Of a stretch of DNA of 64,000 nucleotides, positions 37,771-52,872 are shown piece by piece. The notes under the pieces were generated by a model. That model did no database searches. It saw nothing but the letters and a program-made list of their open reading frames with translations, and was not told the DNA's origin. Position 1 is the first letter of the stretch. Each line of letters opens with the position of its first letter. The translations under genes and the position numbers were made by a program. Source of the stretch: Eledone cirrhosa (Eukaryota); the NCBI GenBank assembly GCA_964016885.1, contig OZ024740.1, forward strand, positions 361,274,001-361,338,000, written 5' to 3'.

Positions 37771-39099
37771 ATGCTTCAAAAGTTCCTTTCGCGATCATTA
37801 GATTCTGGGTTCGATTCTATTGCATGGCATCTTAGGCAAGGGTCAATCTGTTTGGAAGCCCGTCGGATGATTTGTACCTATAATTCAAAGGACCAGCCTT
37901 GTCACACTATCACGCTCAATCTCCTTGAGAATTACATCTGTGGAATGCTCAGCCATTTACACGTGAATTTGATGAGTAGGCTGTTCCATTGTTGGAACAA
38001 CTGGAACAGTCGTCGTCAGAACTGATGCAGTCCATTTCAGTGTGAGTATGGTGGAGATATGAACAACCCTGCTATCTTTGTGTAATTTTTTTAATGTCTG
38101 CTAAATTGAATGTCAAGTTTAGATAACTTTTGTTTCTCCAAGGGAAGTAACTCCCGCCTAATTCATCACCACATTGATTTTTCACGTTGACAGACCATAA
38201 TTTATAAATGTGTGAATGTGTAGGGGGATTGATTCAATTTATCATAGTGCTCTGTACCGCCGAACTGTGTAGACGTGTTATCTTGGGGCTTGCTAGAGTC
38301 AACACATGTAACCACGTGTTGCTTGCTACCCACAAAAAAAAATTAAATAATCAAAAAATATATACACAAAACAAAGCCGAAGCACAAGCTTTACCAACAT
38401 CCTTTCTTTTTTACTTGTTCTCCCATACAAATCTCATTAAGAGAAAAATTTTCTATGCTGTTGAAATGTATATCTGTACACAAATCAGTTAAAAGGGAAT
38501 CATTATTAATTATTTTACAAACTGTGATTAATGACCCAGCAAGGAACAGAATTAACAGCTTGGATTCAATATTCAGTTAGATATGCTTCCATGAATTTGC
38601 TTGGATAGATTAACACCCAGATCTGCATGTAAGTTTTCCTCAAAAGCAACATCAACAAAACTACAAAAACGGAACGGCGCACATTAACATGAAACGAAAC
38701 AAAAATGGAAAACAGAACAGCGTGCAATTACATACACACCGACGAACGTTTCACCGAATATCTAGATACATTACAAATTGTTTATAATTTTTACAGGGTG
38801 AAAATATAAAGGAAGAGGCTATATAGCCGGTCCCAGTAAAGTAGACTTAAAATAGGCTTAAGAATTTTAACAGAAAGTCACGACCTGAGTTAAAGATAGT
38901 AGTCACTAACTGGGTTCTAAAACACTATTTATTATTTAGCGGTAAAATTATCTGCCGCGACCCCGGCTAGAGTTGCGTTCCTTTAGGATTTACCGGTAAA
39001 ATAAGCTTTAAAAGCATGGTTGTCTATTCCTTTTTTTATTTATTTTTTATTTTATTATAAATGTCTTCTTTTTGGCCCACTTATTCTCGAGAGGGTCTT

Positions 39100-39480
39100 G
39101 ATGGGCAGAGTCCTCAAACACTCCTTCCAGCGGGTCATGCCAGAAGCAACCGTTTCCGACTCATTTGGCTGGATCCCAACCGAGACCAGCCAAGCTCATG
39201 GATGTTATCCAACCATCTGGCTCGCGGTCTAACCCTGGGCCTCCTGTCGGTTGGTAAAATCTGTCCAGTGATTCTTTCCTGAGACATTCTAACCACATGT
39301 CCATAGTATTGGAGCTGTGATCTCTCAATACGGAGAGGTAGCGGCTCTGCCTGGAGCGACTCTCTGATCTCCGAGCTACGGACTCTATCGAGTAACGTTA
39401 CTTCAACGACCATTCGGAGGAACCCCATTTCTGCCGCTTGTATTCGCGATCGTATTCTTTCAGTCATTACAAGATTCATG
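39100..39480 (-). mobile_element. RTE-like LINE 3' fragment (related copies about 54930-55150 and 58560-58876)
   Basis: RIQAAEMGFLR...LDRVRSSEIRESL...YYGHVVRM. Confidence 0.85.
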
Positions 39481-40691
39481 ACAAAAAGTAAGGGTTAGCA
39501 CAATTACCAAATTGAAGATAGCATGTTTGGCTTTTACATCTAACACTCTTCTGATTACCTTTTCTTTCGTTGCTTAAAAATCCTTGTCTTTTCCCCTCTC
39601 ATTTATAGTCTTTTGCAATGCTACTTTTTTTTTCTTTATGTTTGACTAAATATTAATTTTTTAATTATTTTTATGTTCTGTCATCCTATAAATAAAAGAT
39701 CATGTTTAATATTTAAATAAAAAAGAAACTGAACTATAATAAATTATAATCACACTCATTGTGTCGATTTAGGAGATTAAGAAGTGAAGTATATTCATTT
39801 TTTGTGGTGAAACTAAATATTGTACCACCGTTTTACCATTTTAGCTAAATCAAAGATGAATGGAACAGAATAGAATGGACTTCAGTAGGTTGTGACGACG
39901 AGTGTTCCTGGTGTTCAAGCTACGGAACAGCCTACTCATTAAACTAACATGTAAGTGGCTGAGCATTCCAGAGACACGTGTTTACTTAATATAATTCTCA
40001 GGGAGATTCAGCATAACACAGTGTCTAACAAGGCTGGTACAGTCCATCCAACGACCTTCCAAACATTTTCCGTCTACCCAACTTCATTCACAAAGCATTG
40101 GGTCTACCCAAGATTACGGTAAATGACATTTACCCAAGATGTCATGCTGTGACCGTAAACCCGGAACCTAATGATTGTGAAGTGAACTTTAAAACCATTT
40201 GGTTATGATGCACTCATACAAAGATAGATATACAGGGTGTATAAAAAAGGGTATATTTTTTTTTAACAAATCGTGCGGTAACTTGTACAATACATGTCTG
40301 AATATAAAGTTATTTACATATTGAGCATTTGTAAAAAGTGCAAATAAAATCGGATGATTCTTTTTGATACACTCTATATATGGCATGTATAAATAATCAA
40401 GGTGGTCAATTTGGCAGAGTTGTTGGAGCGTTTCATATATTTTAAGTGAATGAATAGGTGTTGCTGGCTGGAATTAATCCCTTGTTCATTGTGGCGTGGT
40501 AAGAATTTTTGTAGTAGTAAACCTTGGCTAGGTAGAGGGTAATCGGAAACCTTTGAGTCAAGCCAACATGCTCGCAACATTACGATAGGTGATGGCACTG
40601 AAACAACCAAGCACCCTCACCTGACACTTCTTGTTCCTGGCCTTAATGTTCCGAGTTCAAATTCTGCCGAGGTCCACTTCGCCTTTCATGC

Positions 40692-41366
40692 TGTAGCGGA
40701 TGTGGTATTCTTGATGTTGAAAAGAATAATGCCATGATTGAGTCGTTAACAACGTTTATTTTATAATAACAATATTCACTTTGAGTAATAATATTTATGA
40801 CATGAATTATCCCTACATTAATTTGCTAGCTACTACGAGCTAGCGCGAATGTATGTATCAATACGACGTTACAATATCAATGATACGGAAGAATAGAATG
40901 AGCGTAGAATGTAAACAATATGAACTTACTGCGCGTGTGTGTGTGCCTATTTTTAGAATACATTATTCTCCTCAGGGACTGCTGCTTCTTGTCTGGCTGT
41001 TTGTCTGTGGCTGAGAAGGTGATAACCAGTGAGGCCAGGAGAGAGAAAGAGTAAAAGGTCTGCTATATCGTTAACCTTAACACGGACTGTTTGCTTCGGT
41101 CTCTCTGGTCCTTAGATTCCTTACTCCTTGTATTTATAATAGTGCTCTAGTTAGAAGGATGTGTATATGAGGTTGATTTATGATCAGCCATGTGGATATC
41201 GTCTCCCAGGAAGCTGGGATCAGAGGTCAAGTGGAATGTACATTTATCATCGCTGTCTTGACAGGACAATGGTGGGAAATTTCCAATAATGGGTGGTCCC
41301 AGAGGCGAGAAACCTCAGATTCGGTTTCGAATCTTCGCCGGTAAAATATAAGAATATTCAGATATA
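40692..41366. mobile_element. Solo-LTR-like insertion splitting a SINE
   Basis: SINE core GCCTTTCAT|CCTTTCAGGGTCGAT is split by 675 bp starting TGTAGCGG; imperfect 4-bp TSD ATGC/ATCC. Confidence 0.5.
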
Positions 41367-44300
41367 ATCCTTTCAGGGTCGATATAGGAAATATCAGCTC
41401 AGTGTTGATGCAGTCCTCTCTTTCCTGCTGTCACATCTAGGATGTTCTGTTGAATCAAGAGCGAGAAGATTGAAAGGGTGTCTGTGTTTGCTCTTGTCTG
41501 CATGGAGACTTAAAACCCCCAGCGAAAGCGTAGTACATACTATCAAGTCATACTCAATTGCGAGTGATGTCTGTATTAGTATGCACAATCGTGTAGATTT
41601 ATTTAGTTAATTAATTGCTACTTCGGCAAGTCTGGTGAAGCCTACACCTCACTAATGTGGTCAGAAAGTTTTCTATTGTTTAAGAAATAACGACACTATC
41701 GGCACATTGATCTATAACCACAGTGAATTCAATGATAGATAAAGATTTCCTTTGTTTGATGACAATAACCTGATTTAATACCCATGGAGGCAACCCTTAT
41801 ATAAAGAAAAATATGTGGTTATCGGGCAAACATCGACAAAGACACAGGCAGGTAAACACTAACTCGCAGAATAACCACCCTCTGGACTTGCTAAATATCT
41901 GGGAAGGCCAGGCGTCTCAGTCACTATGAAAGTCAGTGAATTCACAATTCAATCTTTTGCATTCATTTTAAATATATTTTAGCATGACGCTTACAGCACA
42001 CTGCTTTACCACACTATCCAAAGCACACCCTGCATTCTTTCAAATATCTTCCGTTCTTTTCTGATTCATCACATGGTTTTATTGTAAATTATGTCAACAA
42101 ATAAAGAAATATTTATTACTTAGCAGTTTCCCGATTTTCTTCATTTGTAGATATCAATGTGATTGAGGGAAATCATTTTCCCTGCAACAATATCACATCA
42201 CCCAACAAGCAACTACAACTACTAGTTCCATCGACCACGGCAAGACATCGCAACTACAAGTCTCTCGACTCACTAACACACACATTCATCATTTGCCATG
42301 GACTCGACCAACCACTCATTCAACTCACCAACAACAAATCTCCGCAACTCACATTAAACACTAACCAAAAATTCATAAAGAAAACAAAGTTTTTGCGTGC
42401 ATCATGACTTATTCAATGACGCCCATTCGCCAAATAAAATAGTGAGCCAGAATTGTCTCGCAGGTTGTAGTTTGTGACCACGACCCACATAGATATAGAT
42501 CTTTTTTTTTTTTTACGAAACGTGTATACTAATATGTAAATACATTACCTAAATTGCTTACCGCTATGTAATATCTTAAAATATAGCAGTGGATCCTGGT
42601 CTTGTGGATAACCAAAGATGAAAACTGAATTTTTAAGCTGTTTGTTGGTTTGATCTACATTAGTACCTACGATAGGTTTTCAGTTGATTGGAACTGCCTA
42701 CTTAGTAAAACGTGAATGGCTTGGTATTCAACAAACACGGACATCTGTAATGTAGTTCTCAAGGAGATTCAGTGTGACAAAACCGGTTCTTTTGGAAACA
42801 AAAACAACTTATTTTTGCCAGCTGATTGAACTGGGACACTGTGAAATAAAGTGTTTTGCTCAAGGACACATCTCACAACTTTATGAAACCGAGCCAAAAA
42901 TCCCTAACTACTAAACCATGTGTCTTCACATATTTAATCTATCATTTCACACTCAACACTTATGTGTCTGAATGTGATATTTTGAACAGCGTTGTTTAAA
43001 CATGCTTTTTGCTCTGACCCACATTAAGAGCTGAATTTTGTATTGCAATCCAATATTCATAGATATTTGTATTACAAACTTTTTTTTTCTCTGAATTATG
43101 GATTCGCAGTTTGAAAAACCCTGATTTAGACAATGGAAGGGTCGAGTTAGCCATAATCCGGTCTTGACTACACTGATGCCACCACTACAACCAACAGTAG
43201 CACTATCATCATCATCATCAGAAGCAGGAGCACCACCATCTGCATTATTATTAGGGCGTTGGAATGGCAGAATCTTTAGAGAGCGTCGAACTTAGCAGTA
43301 TTTGTACCAGCTATTTACATTCTGAGTTCAAATCCCGCCAAGGGATAAAATAAAACATCAGAAAAGTGCTTGGGTCGATTTAATCGATTTACCCCCTTCC
43401 TCCAAAATTACTGGCCTTGTGCCTATGTTAAAATCAATTATCATTATAGTGCCTAAGACGACAGCCTGCCGTGACTCTTGGTTGGAGACACAAAATGCTG
43501 TGATAGTATGATAAGGGCAGCTGAGATACTGGAGGCGATGAGTGGTTGCACAAGATTCAGATCACCTAGTTTGGATGGCCTATTCTATGAGTTTTATAAG
43601 TATATGCCAGACTTTAAAGTTTATTTATGATAAAAACTGTATAAACATGATATTGTCGGACGCCATGTTTTCCAGCATAGTTACGTCCCTTTACGATCTG
43701 AGTTCAAATCCCGCCGAGGTTGACTTTGCCTTTCATCCTTACAGGGTCGATAAAATAAAGTACCAGTAATGCACTGGATAATTGCTGGCCTTGTGCCAAA
43801 AAGTAGAAACAAAACAATAATGGTTTCTTATATAGACACAATGCCAGCAATTTTGAAGGAGGGAAAGTCGATTAAATTAACCCCCCAATACTTTACTGAT
43901 ACTTTATTTTATTGATCCCGTAAGGATGAAAGGCAAAGTTAACCTCGGTGGGATTTGAACTCAGAACGTAAAGGACCATAACTCTGTGCTGCAAAGCATG
44001 GTGTCTGACGCTCTACCGATACTGCAAATTCACCAATAATAATTGTTTCTACTTTAGGCACAAGGCCAGCAAATATCCAGTACATTACTGAAAAAGAACG
44101 GAAGGGGAGGGGATGGCTAGAGCTCTGGTGTCGCAGAAGAGAGGGAAGGGCTGAAGGGGAGGGTGATTGGGCATAGGGTAGAAGTGCTGTGCCCCGTGGA
44201 CAAGACGGCAAAAGCATTCCCGCGGACGATGGCCAGTGACACCCGCTGCAAGAGCCACCGAACTTCGCGGAACTCCCTCCTCAGACTTATTCAGCAACAT

Positions 44301-44399
44301 CTCGACAGACGCCTACTGTAACTGGCAGCAGTTATGAGTCGGAGAGTGGTAGTGCTGCTCAGAAAAGATGCGAATACGAACACACGAGATGTAATGAAT

Positions 44400-44970
44400 A
44401 ATTTCTGATTCCTAACTTGACTGAATGTAGAGTTTAAGCTTTTGGCCAAAGAAAGCTGTCGGTGCCTGTCAAGAATTTGGTTTGGGTAGCGCAATCATGC
44501 ATGCTCGTGAACAGATCTATTTATGATAACCTTCACCACATGCGATACATTATAGAAAGTGTAAGGTATAAACCTGCTTTTGATGGGGGCACTGATCAAT
44601 TTGTATCAATCGACAGCTTTCAGTAAGGTTGACCATTACTAGTTGGTGAATGTCCTTTGAGTGGCTGGTTTTGGTCCTATATTCAGGACCAAATGCACAA
44701 CTGCGACACCTGCTTGGTGGCCAAAGCAAACGACCACCTCTCAACCATTTTGTATTGAGAACTCAGTCCGCCAAGGATGACTTCTCTCACTTCTTCTGTA
44801 TGTGCTGGCTCTCAAGTCACTGCTGTGGAGGTTAGAGCTGTTGAAGGGCCCTTTTTCTTAATAGGATGTGTGGGAGTGGTGTCAGCATATGCGGATGATG
44901 TCACCATAATGGTATTGGACACCATGAAATTGGAGGAATATGAAGTGGTCGCAGAAACAAAGATCAAAAC
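44400..44970 (+). mobile_element. Highly decayed L1/Tx1-like RT remnant
   Basis: VSAYADDVT motif in ORF 44777-45007; upstream LIN..Q..AF.KVDH-like residues. Confidence 0.5.
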
Positions 44971-46360
44971 TTCGTTTTCAAATATAAAAAAAACTGGAAA
45001 GAAGTAGGCGAAGTTATATCAGCTCAAATTACGGTAATCTAAACTATAATAAAGGAAGGTCTGCGGGATTGCGTACGGTTTATTTTTTTTTATCCCGTTT
45101 GTAAAATAAGTTGGATTACTTTGAATAAAGAATGAATGAATATTACATAATTTATCTACTAAATTTCGTGGCTGTTCATTAAATATATTTTGTTTATTTA
45201 AAGATTCACTTCTTTAAAATTTCTGAAATGTCAACACTTCCGGTTGACCATCGCTAATTTTCTCCTAATGCAGTTTATATATATCGTCTTTTTTAATGTA
45301 TCATGGATTACGTTACTGATTAAATAAGACAGTGTAACGCAGTCTTCGTTCAATTTCTATGTATTATATATTGTCAATTACGATTTTATTTGACGTATCA
45401 TATCTACATGTATATATACTTGCGTATATCAATATAGACACTACACATGCTAGCAGAAAACTTTTTCTGCTAGTTTATTATAATAAACTGTACATAAGGC
45501 TACGTATCATACTTCCTTAATTTTCTTTTTCAAAAAAGCATGTGGACAAATTCCTATTGTGTTAAAATACTTACGCGTGGAGCAAATTATTCATTAAATT
45601 ATATTGCCAAATACAAGTTCCCATAAAATTATGATTTACAAATGTTTCATCCTCTTAGACTTATCAAAATAAATCATTTTATGAACAATTACCTCAACAC
45701 GTTCATCTTTACGAACGTCCCCCAAAATCACGGTGAATCTTTGTTTACATTTTACAAACAGCCGTGTTGAGGTAATTATTCATAAATTGAAGTATATATA
45801 TATAAAGATTAAAAAATGACAGCCTGACATAAAGAGGAGAAATAATTCTGACAAAATCAGAGAGAAAATGAGAAGGGGACAGTGCTGTTATAGAAAGATA
45901 TGGTTGAGACGGAGTGAGATTATGAAGGAAGAAAGTAAATATTGGCTGTTCTGAGTGAAGCGAAGCACATAGATATAGGAGTAAACTATTGTAATCAGTG
46001 GTAGAAGGGTGTCAGACAGAGAGAAAGAGTGACAAAAGGGAGAAGCGATAGATTTATAGAAAAAGATAGAGATGGCGTGCTGAAAAGAAAGAGCAACAAA
46101 ATAAAAGTGATAAAACGATAAATATAGAGAAAGAAGGGAAATGATAAAAAGAAAAAGTCACAAAACAAAGAAGGTAGCAGCGATAGAGGTATAGAAAAAT
46201 AGAGAGTGAAAGTGATGGAAAGAAAGAGAGACGAAACAAAGAGGGGGGAAAATTGATAGAGCTATAGAAAGATACACAAACAGTGCCCGTTATTCTCATT
46301 TAAGTTTCAAAGATAACTAACTACGGACTTACATTTCTCTGAGTAATTTTCGTTAGTAAA

Positions 46361-46381
46361 ATGGCAGACGTTACTGGTAAA
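46361..46381 (+). CDS. ADH5: Class III alcohol dehydrogenase / GSNO reductase, coding exon 1 (MADVTGK)
   Basis: AAAATGG start context and AAA|GTAAGT donor; phase 0 joins exon 2; peptide fits the class III N-terminus. Confidence 0.8.
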
Positions 46382-49300
46382 GTAAGTTAACCAGTTTTAC
46401 TACTTTTCATAGTTTATTTAACAATTTTATTTCCTACTTATTTTGAATGTCTGATATATTTATACTGGCTAAATATTTTAAACGGAACTTTCAAACTTTT
46501 TAAAACATATGTTCATACCGGCTTCTTTTTTTTTTTTTTTTTACAACAGTTATGTATTTTATTCACAGTTGTATAAATAGCATCACCATAGCATTAAAAA
46601 CATACAAATCAACGTGGTTGTTGGGCGTGTTAGAAATAATAGTCAGCTCACCCTCAAATCGCACACCCATTGGATAGTGTAGTCCTAGATACAGATGGGT
46701 TCATTGTTTTTGATAAGTATGCTTGATTATGGTTTGCTTGGCTAAACAGCAATTTTGATGAATGAATTGCATTTTCAACCAAAAATGTCATTATATGAAA
46801 TGCTTTGTAGCATTTAATCACGGCCCTTTATGTTCTGAATTTAAATCTCGCTGAGATAAACTTTGCCTTTCATCCTTCGATGGTCAGTAAAATAAAATAT
46901 ACAAATACAGGATCGATGCAATTGACTTTACCACCCAAAACTGCTGACTTTGTGGCTAAATTAGAAACCAGTTTCCCAAAGTCTGCCATGTCATCTCATC
47001 TATGATATATTGTAGGAATATATATTTAGTTTGTGTATTCAGTCCGCAACACAGTTAAACCTCCCACTTGCCAGGTTTCCATAGAAGTTGTAGGTTTTTT
47101 TAGTTACTTAACATGCTGACTTTAGGCAATTTTTCCAGTATCGTGTATTGCGATTAAAGTATATTTTGATGGCTGTACCACCATAGTACTTCGTAAGATA
47201 AATTTTGTTATTTGTTTTCTGTTAACTTACGTTTCCAATGCATTTTATGGTCTTTTGTGTTTGGAATATCTTATATATATGCTTTATATAAATGAGTTAA
47301 TATGATGAAAGATACTAGATTTATTTTTAAATCATCGATTCCGTATTTTATTAAGACTGACGAATTTACCGCGTTGTTTGTTAATTAAGAAGGGCTGGTT
47401 GTTAATGTTTCAGAGCTGGTTATATATATTTTTATTGCAACCTAAAATGTAGAGATTTTTTTGTGTGACATAGTGTCAAGTATGAAGCATGCATGGCTTT
47501 CAAATATAACAAAAAAAATCGGAATGATATGACCCCCCCCCCCCCCTCTCTTGCAAAGATTAGAACGTGGGAAAGAAGTATCGGTGTACTTTAGAAAGCG
47601 CCCTCCTTTTTCGCAGTCCGTCTCAAACAATTGTAAATGGGAGCGAGTTACTGAAGTCTTTTGAAGCCTCCAATTCCTTGATATGTCAGATGGGCTGCAA
47701 TTTATAATGTTAAATTTGTTTATGTATCCAAGTTTGAACGGAGTTCGAGACGTAGGGCAGACAGGATTTCATACGTTATTTTCTATTATTTAACATCTGG
47801 TTGTTAAAACAAATCAACAATTTAGCTCATAAAATATAAACATTATATACACGTATTTTACCTCACGGAGAAAATAAACTCCTATTTTACTTTATAAAAA
47901 GCAAAACAAAAAAAAAATTCTGCTATACAAATTAATACTGATATTTTTTAGCGGTATCGGTGTATTAAGTTTGGTCCCTCTGCGTGGCACATTGGGCAAA
48001 TGATTTTCTGCTATACTTTCTGGCGGACCAATACTTTGTAAATGGAATTTAGAAAACGGAAACTGTAAAATCTGTGTTCATGTATACATTGGTCTTATTC
48101 TACAAATAGATGGAAGAAAAAAAGCACTAGTGGATCGATATAAACTGAAACTGTTGAAAATGGTGTCCTAAGTAGTAAAAGTGTGTTCTTTCGTTTTAAG
48201 TCTTTTAATTATCACATATATTCTGCTATCCCATCTACAATTTCATTAACACAGCGTATTAATGCATTTTATGAAAAACATTATATATATATATAGTTAA
48301 CTCATGATTTTGAGTTCTCATTCTTGACATTATCCAATTTAATTTTCATTTTGCATTCATTTAAATCAATTACCACAATTTTCTTCCAATATATTTAATT
48401 ATTATTATTATTAAACGTAATTTTATCTTAAACATTTTCTTTTACTAATAAATCATTCGGAGTTTGCACATACAAAATTTCCTACAGATACGTGGAAGAG
48501 ATAAAGTGATATTCCATTGCATGTTCCGATATTTTTTCCTAATAAATCATTCGGAATTTACATGTGCATATCAAACCGTTCATTTTATTGTCTGATTATG
48601 TACGTCAATTGCCGTACACTTTAAGGAGTCTTGAAACGAAAGAACGCCACTAAAAGAATTAAAAAGATCGATCAAATTAGTGTTTACTGAGAGACCTCGC
48701 CGATTTGTTTATAATTTTTTCAATGCAAACCACATCTGTCAATTGGAAAGATTGACTGTCCTTACCCTGTCATTGGTGCTTGGCTAAGTCTCCTCCTTTG
48801 TGGTACCTGTAAACTCGTTCTAAGCCTTGTAATGATCCATTTCAACAGATTAGATTTTTGCACATCTTACCGTTTATAGAAGGGAAGATGCTACTGTTTT
48901 ACCCAAAGTGTAATTTGAAGTATATTTGGCTTCTAACGTGTCAAACGACCACTTTAGCGACTCTCTTTAGCTTTATCGGTACAATAAATAGGCATATTCT
49001 CTATTTGTGAAAATGAATGGCCTAGTGGTTAGGGGTTCCCAGAATAAGCTGTGCATTGTGTCCTTGAGTAAGCTACTTCATTTCTCATTGCTCCAGTCAA
49101 CACAGCTAAATATGTACCATCAGAAACTGGAAGATGTTTCCAATTTGAATATGGAAGACAGCAAGCAAGCATTTTTAAGGCCATTTCTCTCTGCTAAAGC
49201 ACGGGTTAGCCTTGCAGGCCCTGTAATAGACTTCATATTCATCGTGGGGGTTTTTTTTTTCACGCAATATTTTACAGCTATATGCCTGTCCTGGCGCCAA

Positions 49301-49547
49301 CTCTTTTAATCACCTTTTACAACAAGCATGAATACAGTGTACCTATTCTAAACTGAATGAAAAGGAAAGGAGCTGATTGTCAGATTGGACCAAGGAAACT
49401 GTTTCCATTGTTTTTTTTTGTTTTTTTTTTCATTGCTTATACTATCTGTTGGTTGCATCACCTTGCAGAAGTGTCAACACTTTTTGGTGATAAGAAATGG
49501 GATTTGAATTCAAAACACACAGCCAGGACAGATACTGAGATAATTAA

Positions 49548-49748
49548 TTAACCCTTTTAGCATTTACATTACTCTATATATAGTATTGTATTTTCACAGT
49601 AAAGGCTTTATCTCACATAATATTGAATTTATGAAATTTTGATATTTATTTTGAGAACATCAGTATGAGTGGCCAGTTACAGCCGATTTGAAATGAAGGG
49701 TGAGAGAATCCTGGCCAGATATGGCTAGTTTAATTGCTAAAGGGTTAA
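49548..49748. mobile_element. About 200-bp TTAA-flanked MITE (copies 50812-51018, 53337-53543, 62824-63027)
   Basis: TTAA-CCCTTTAGCA...TGCTAAAGGG-TTAA termini with a shared interior; piggyBac-like target site. Confidence 0.8.
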
Positions 49749-52152
49749 TAACATTTCTGAGTTATTAACTATATTTTGCAGTGGTTATTTATAACATTCT
49801 AATTCTTTTTCTTTATACTTTTGAGTAAAAGCTTTCTGAAGTTAAAATTTTATTCAATTGATTTTAATGTAAAAAATAAATCCATTTAAAACTGATTTTT
49901 TTGTTTTTATGCATTGCATCTGACTCTTTAACATGAAGAAACCAGTTATAGTTCATTCACATGAAAGAATCCAATCTAAAATTGTGTGCATAGTAGTAAG
50001 ATAGTCTAAAGGCTGTCTCCCGAAGGCTCATCAGGCCAGTGCTTATCTTGGTTTCCATAGTGTTAAGTGACTGAAAGTACAATACTCCCCCCCCCCCCCC
50101 CCTGGACAGGATGCCATTCCATCGCTGGGTTAAACTCCCAGCTATTGCTGGTACTCATTTTCAGTTGAGTATACTGGAGCAACATGAAATGAAGTGTTTT
50201 GCTGAAAAAAATGACACACAACCCAATTCAGGAGTTGAACCCATAAAATTGTGGTTGTAAGTCCAACACCCTTACCACTAGGCCTCCATAGAAAGACAGT
50301 AATATTGTATATAAATATTTATCTATGTTGAATGTGGTAGGAGTGTAATTTTTCACTACTTGAACTTTGAACTACTCTTTTGAAAGGTACTTTTAAGTTT
50401 CAAGATAAAAATCTGTGACCACAAACGTGACTGTTCATATGTATTGTATATATGTATACCTTGATATGTATGCAGAGCTGGTGTTTGGGTATTTAGCATT
50501 GTCCTTCTCCCAAATAAAATAATTTCAACTCATGAGTTTGGCAAGTTGACAGACCTGGTTTTTGACACTTGCTTTGACTACCTTAAGAGGCCTACATTTT
50601 CTCCTACACAGTCCACACTCACCAACACCGAATCATGTGACAACCTTCTCTACTGCTTTAAATATTTTCACTATGCTTTCTACACAGTAAAGCTATTTAC
50701 TTATTTATTGATTGCAGGAAACTGTTATATATTTAATTAAATAATAAAACTGATTTTTTTAGCATTCAGTATCAAGAAGGTGCTTCTCTGATGTCTGGGC
50801 CCTAGTTGGCTTTAACCCTTTAGCGTTTACTTTACTCTATATATACTATTGTATTTTTGTTGTAACGGCTTTATCTCACATAATATCGAATTTATGAGAT
50901 TTGAGATTTTGATATTTATGAGAACAATGCCTTAACATCGGTATGAATGGCCAATTACGGCTGGTTTGAACAGAAAGAGGTGAGAGAATTATGGCTGGTT
51001 TAAATGCTAAAAGGTTAATGGTAGCACTAGCCTTGCCCTTAATTAGAGAACATATGTGGCTCAAAAACTGAAAGATAGCATTCTCCAAGTTGCACCTCAT
51101 TCTGCTTTGGTGGGATTAGATCCACAATTCTCTCCTTTAGTCAGTTTTATGTCAGTCAAATCCTGCTGAGGTCAACTTTGCCTTTCATCCTTTCAGGGTC
51201 GATAAAATAAAGTATCAATTCATGGTTGTAGATTAGTGGAATTGTTAGAGCATGGGATGAGACAACCTTACGGTATTTTTTTCTAGCTATTTGCATTTTG
51301 AGTTAAAATCCTGCTGTAGCCTACTTTGGTGGGCGACTCAATCCATTACTCAGTTTAACACTACCATCTGGCCTTTGGATCAGCACTGTCGATGCTCAAT
51401 GTGCCCAGAATGCCAAATTTGGGAATAAATTCATATCTCTGCAAAAAATTGACGTAGAGAAGTTTTTTTATAGCTTGTTGGAAGCATTTTGGCAAACTGA
51501 AAACATCTAATTTTAAAGACATAACTCAGCAAAAAATACCTCATATATATTGTCATGTTATTGCCCATTAGAATTATGGCTCGTTATTTGGACAAACCCT
51601 GTTCCAAACAGCATTGCGTTTGTTCATCCAGTTTAATTGGTAAGAGCTGTAGAGGATTGAGATGTGATCTCTGTAGATGTTATCAGGGTTAGTTTTGGTT
51701 CATATGCGACAGTGAATGACACAAAAATGAATATCACTTGTAAAACTGTGTGTTCAATGATTAATGGCAAGATGGTATATCTTCTCCAGGGGTGCATTCT
51801 GTCTTTTATGTCATGTCACAGAAATTGATGCAAATGATACTTCATTTATAGCTGATGGATTCCAGCTTCTATGAAAGAAGTTCTGTTAAAATATTTCATT
51901 GTGGTTGGAATTGAGTAAAGGCTACTGTAAATTGTTCAATCATGAGATAGCTGGTAGCTGGTCAAATAGTAAGGCATGAAGAGACAGAAAACACCAAAAG
52001 AATTCAAAAGTAGTGAAACAGTGAAGATGAGATTTCATAAAGTCTGCTCAATGTTCTGCTCACTTAATGAAAATAGCATCGGCTCAGCTGAAACTGCAGA
52101 TTTATTGCTGAACACAACCTACCCATTGCTATTTTGGATCATTTGCCTTGCC

Positions 52153-52872
52153 TTTAATTAAAAAGAAATGTCTTCTTCCACATTTGTTGTACTTTCTTGC
52201 AGTTTGAGACAAAGTTGTTATTGTGGAAGCCACTTAGTTCAGTCAACATTAAAACATCACCAAAGACATCAAGTGTGCAAGAACTAAAGGAACTTGCATT
52301 TTTTCAAATATTATTGATCCCCATGCTTTGATTTGTCTAAGCTAAATTCAGCAAAGTTCTCCCTTATTGTAGATGAAATGAGCAATTTCTTTGAGTAACT
52401 TTAGATTTGACCAATGTTATTGAAGGTAAACCAAAACCAATCATACAATTGGCAATGAAATTTTCCAGCCCTATGCATAGAGACCAATATCAACAAATAA
52501 ATAGAGAATGGATGGAATTGACTCTGCAAGATGCATCTCATAAAATGAGCCTGAGAAATACTGGTTTCTTGTCTCCCTGGAAAAATGTGGTGGCATATAT
52601 CACTACACCTTACTATCTAAGTTCACGATGCAACTTCTTTCATTGCTACATTCTTCAGCAGCTGCAGAAAGAATTTTTTTTCCCTAGATAACATAAAAAC
52701 AAAAAATCACAATGCTTTAAAAACACCAACATTAAATGCTTTGCTAAGATCAAAGTCTCTGCTGCAAAATGTTGACTGAACTAAGTGGCTTCCACAATAA
52801 CAACTTTGTCTCAAACTGCAAGAAAGAAACTAGTACAACAAATGTGGAAGAAGACATTTCTTTTTAATTAAA
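52153..52872. mobile_element. MITE-like element with about 97-bp terminal inverted repeats
   Basis: Arms 52153-52250 and 52768-52872 match except for a 7-bp indel; TTAATTAA at both outer ends. Confidence 0.75.
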
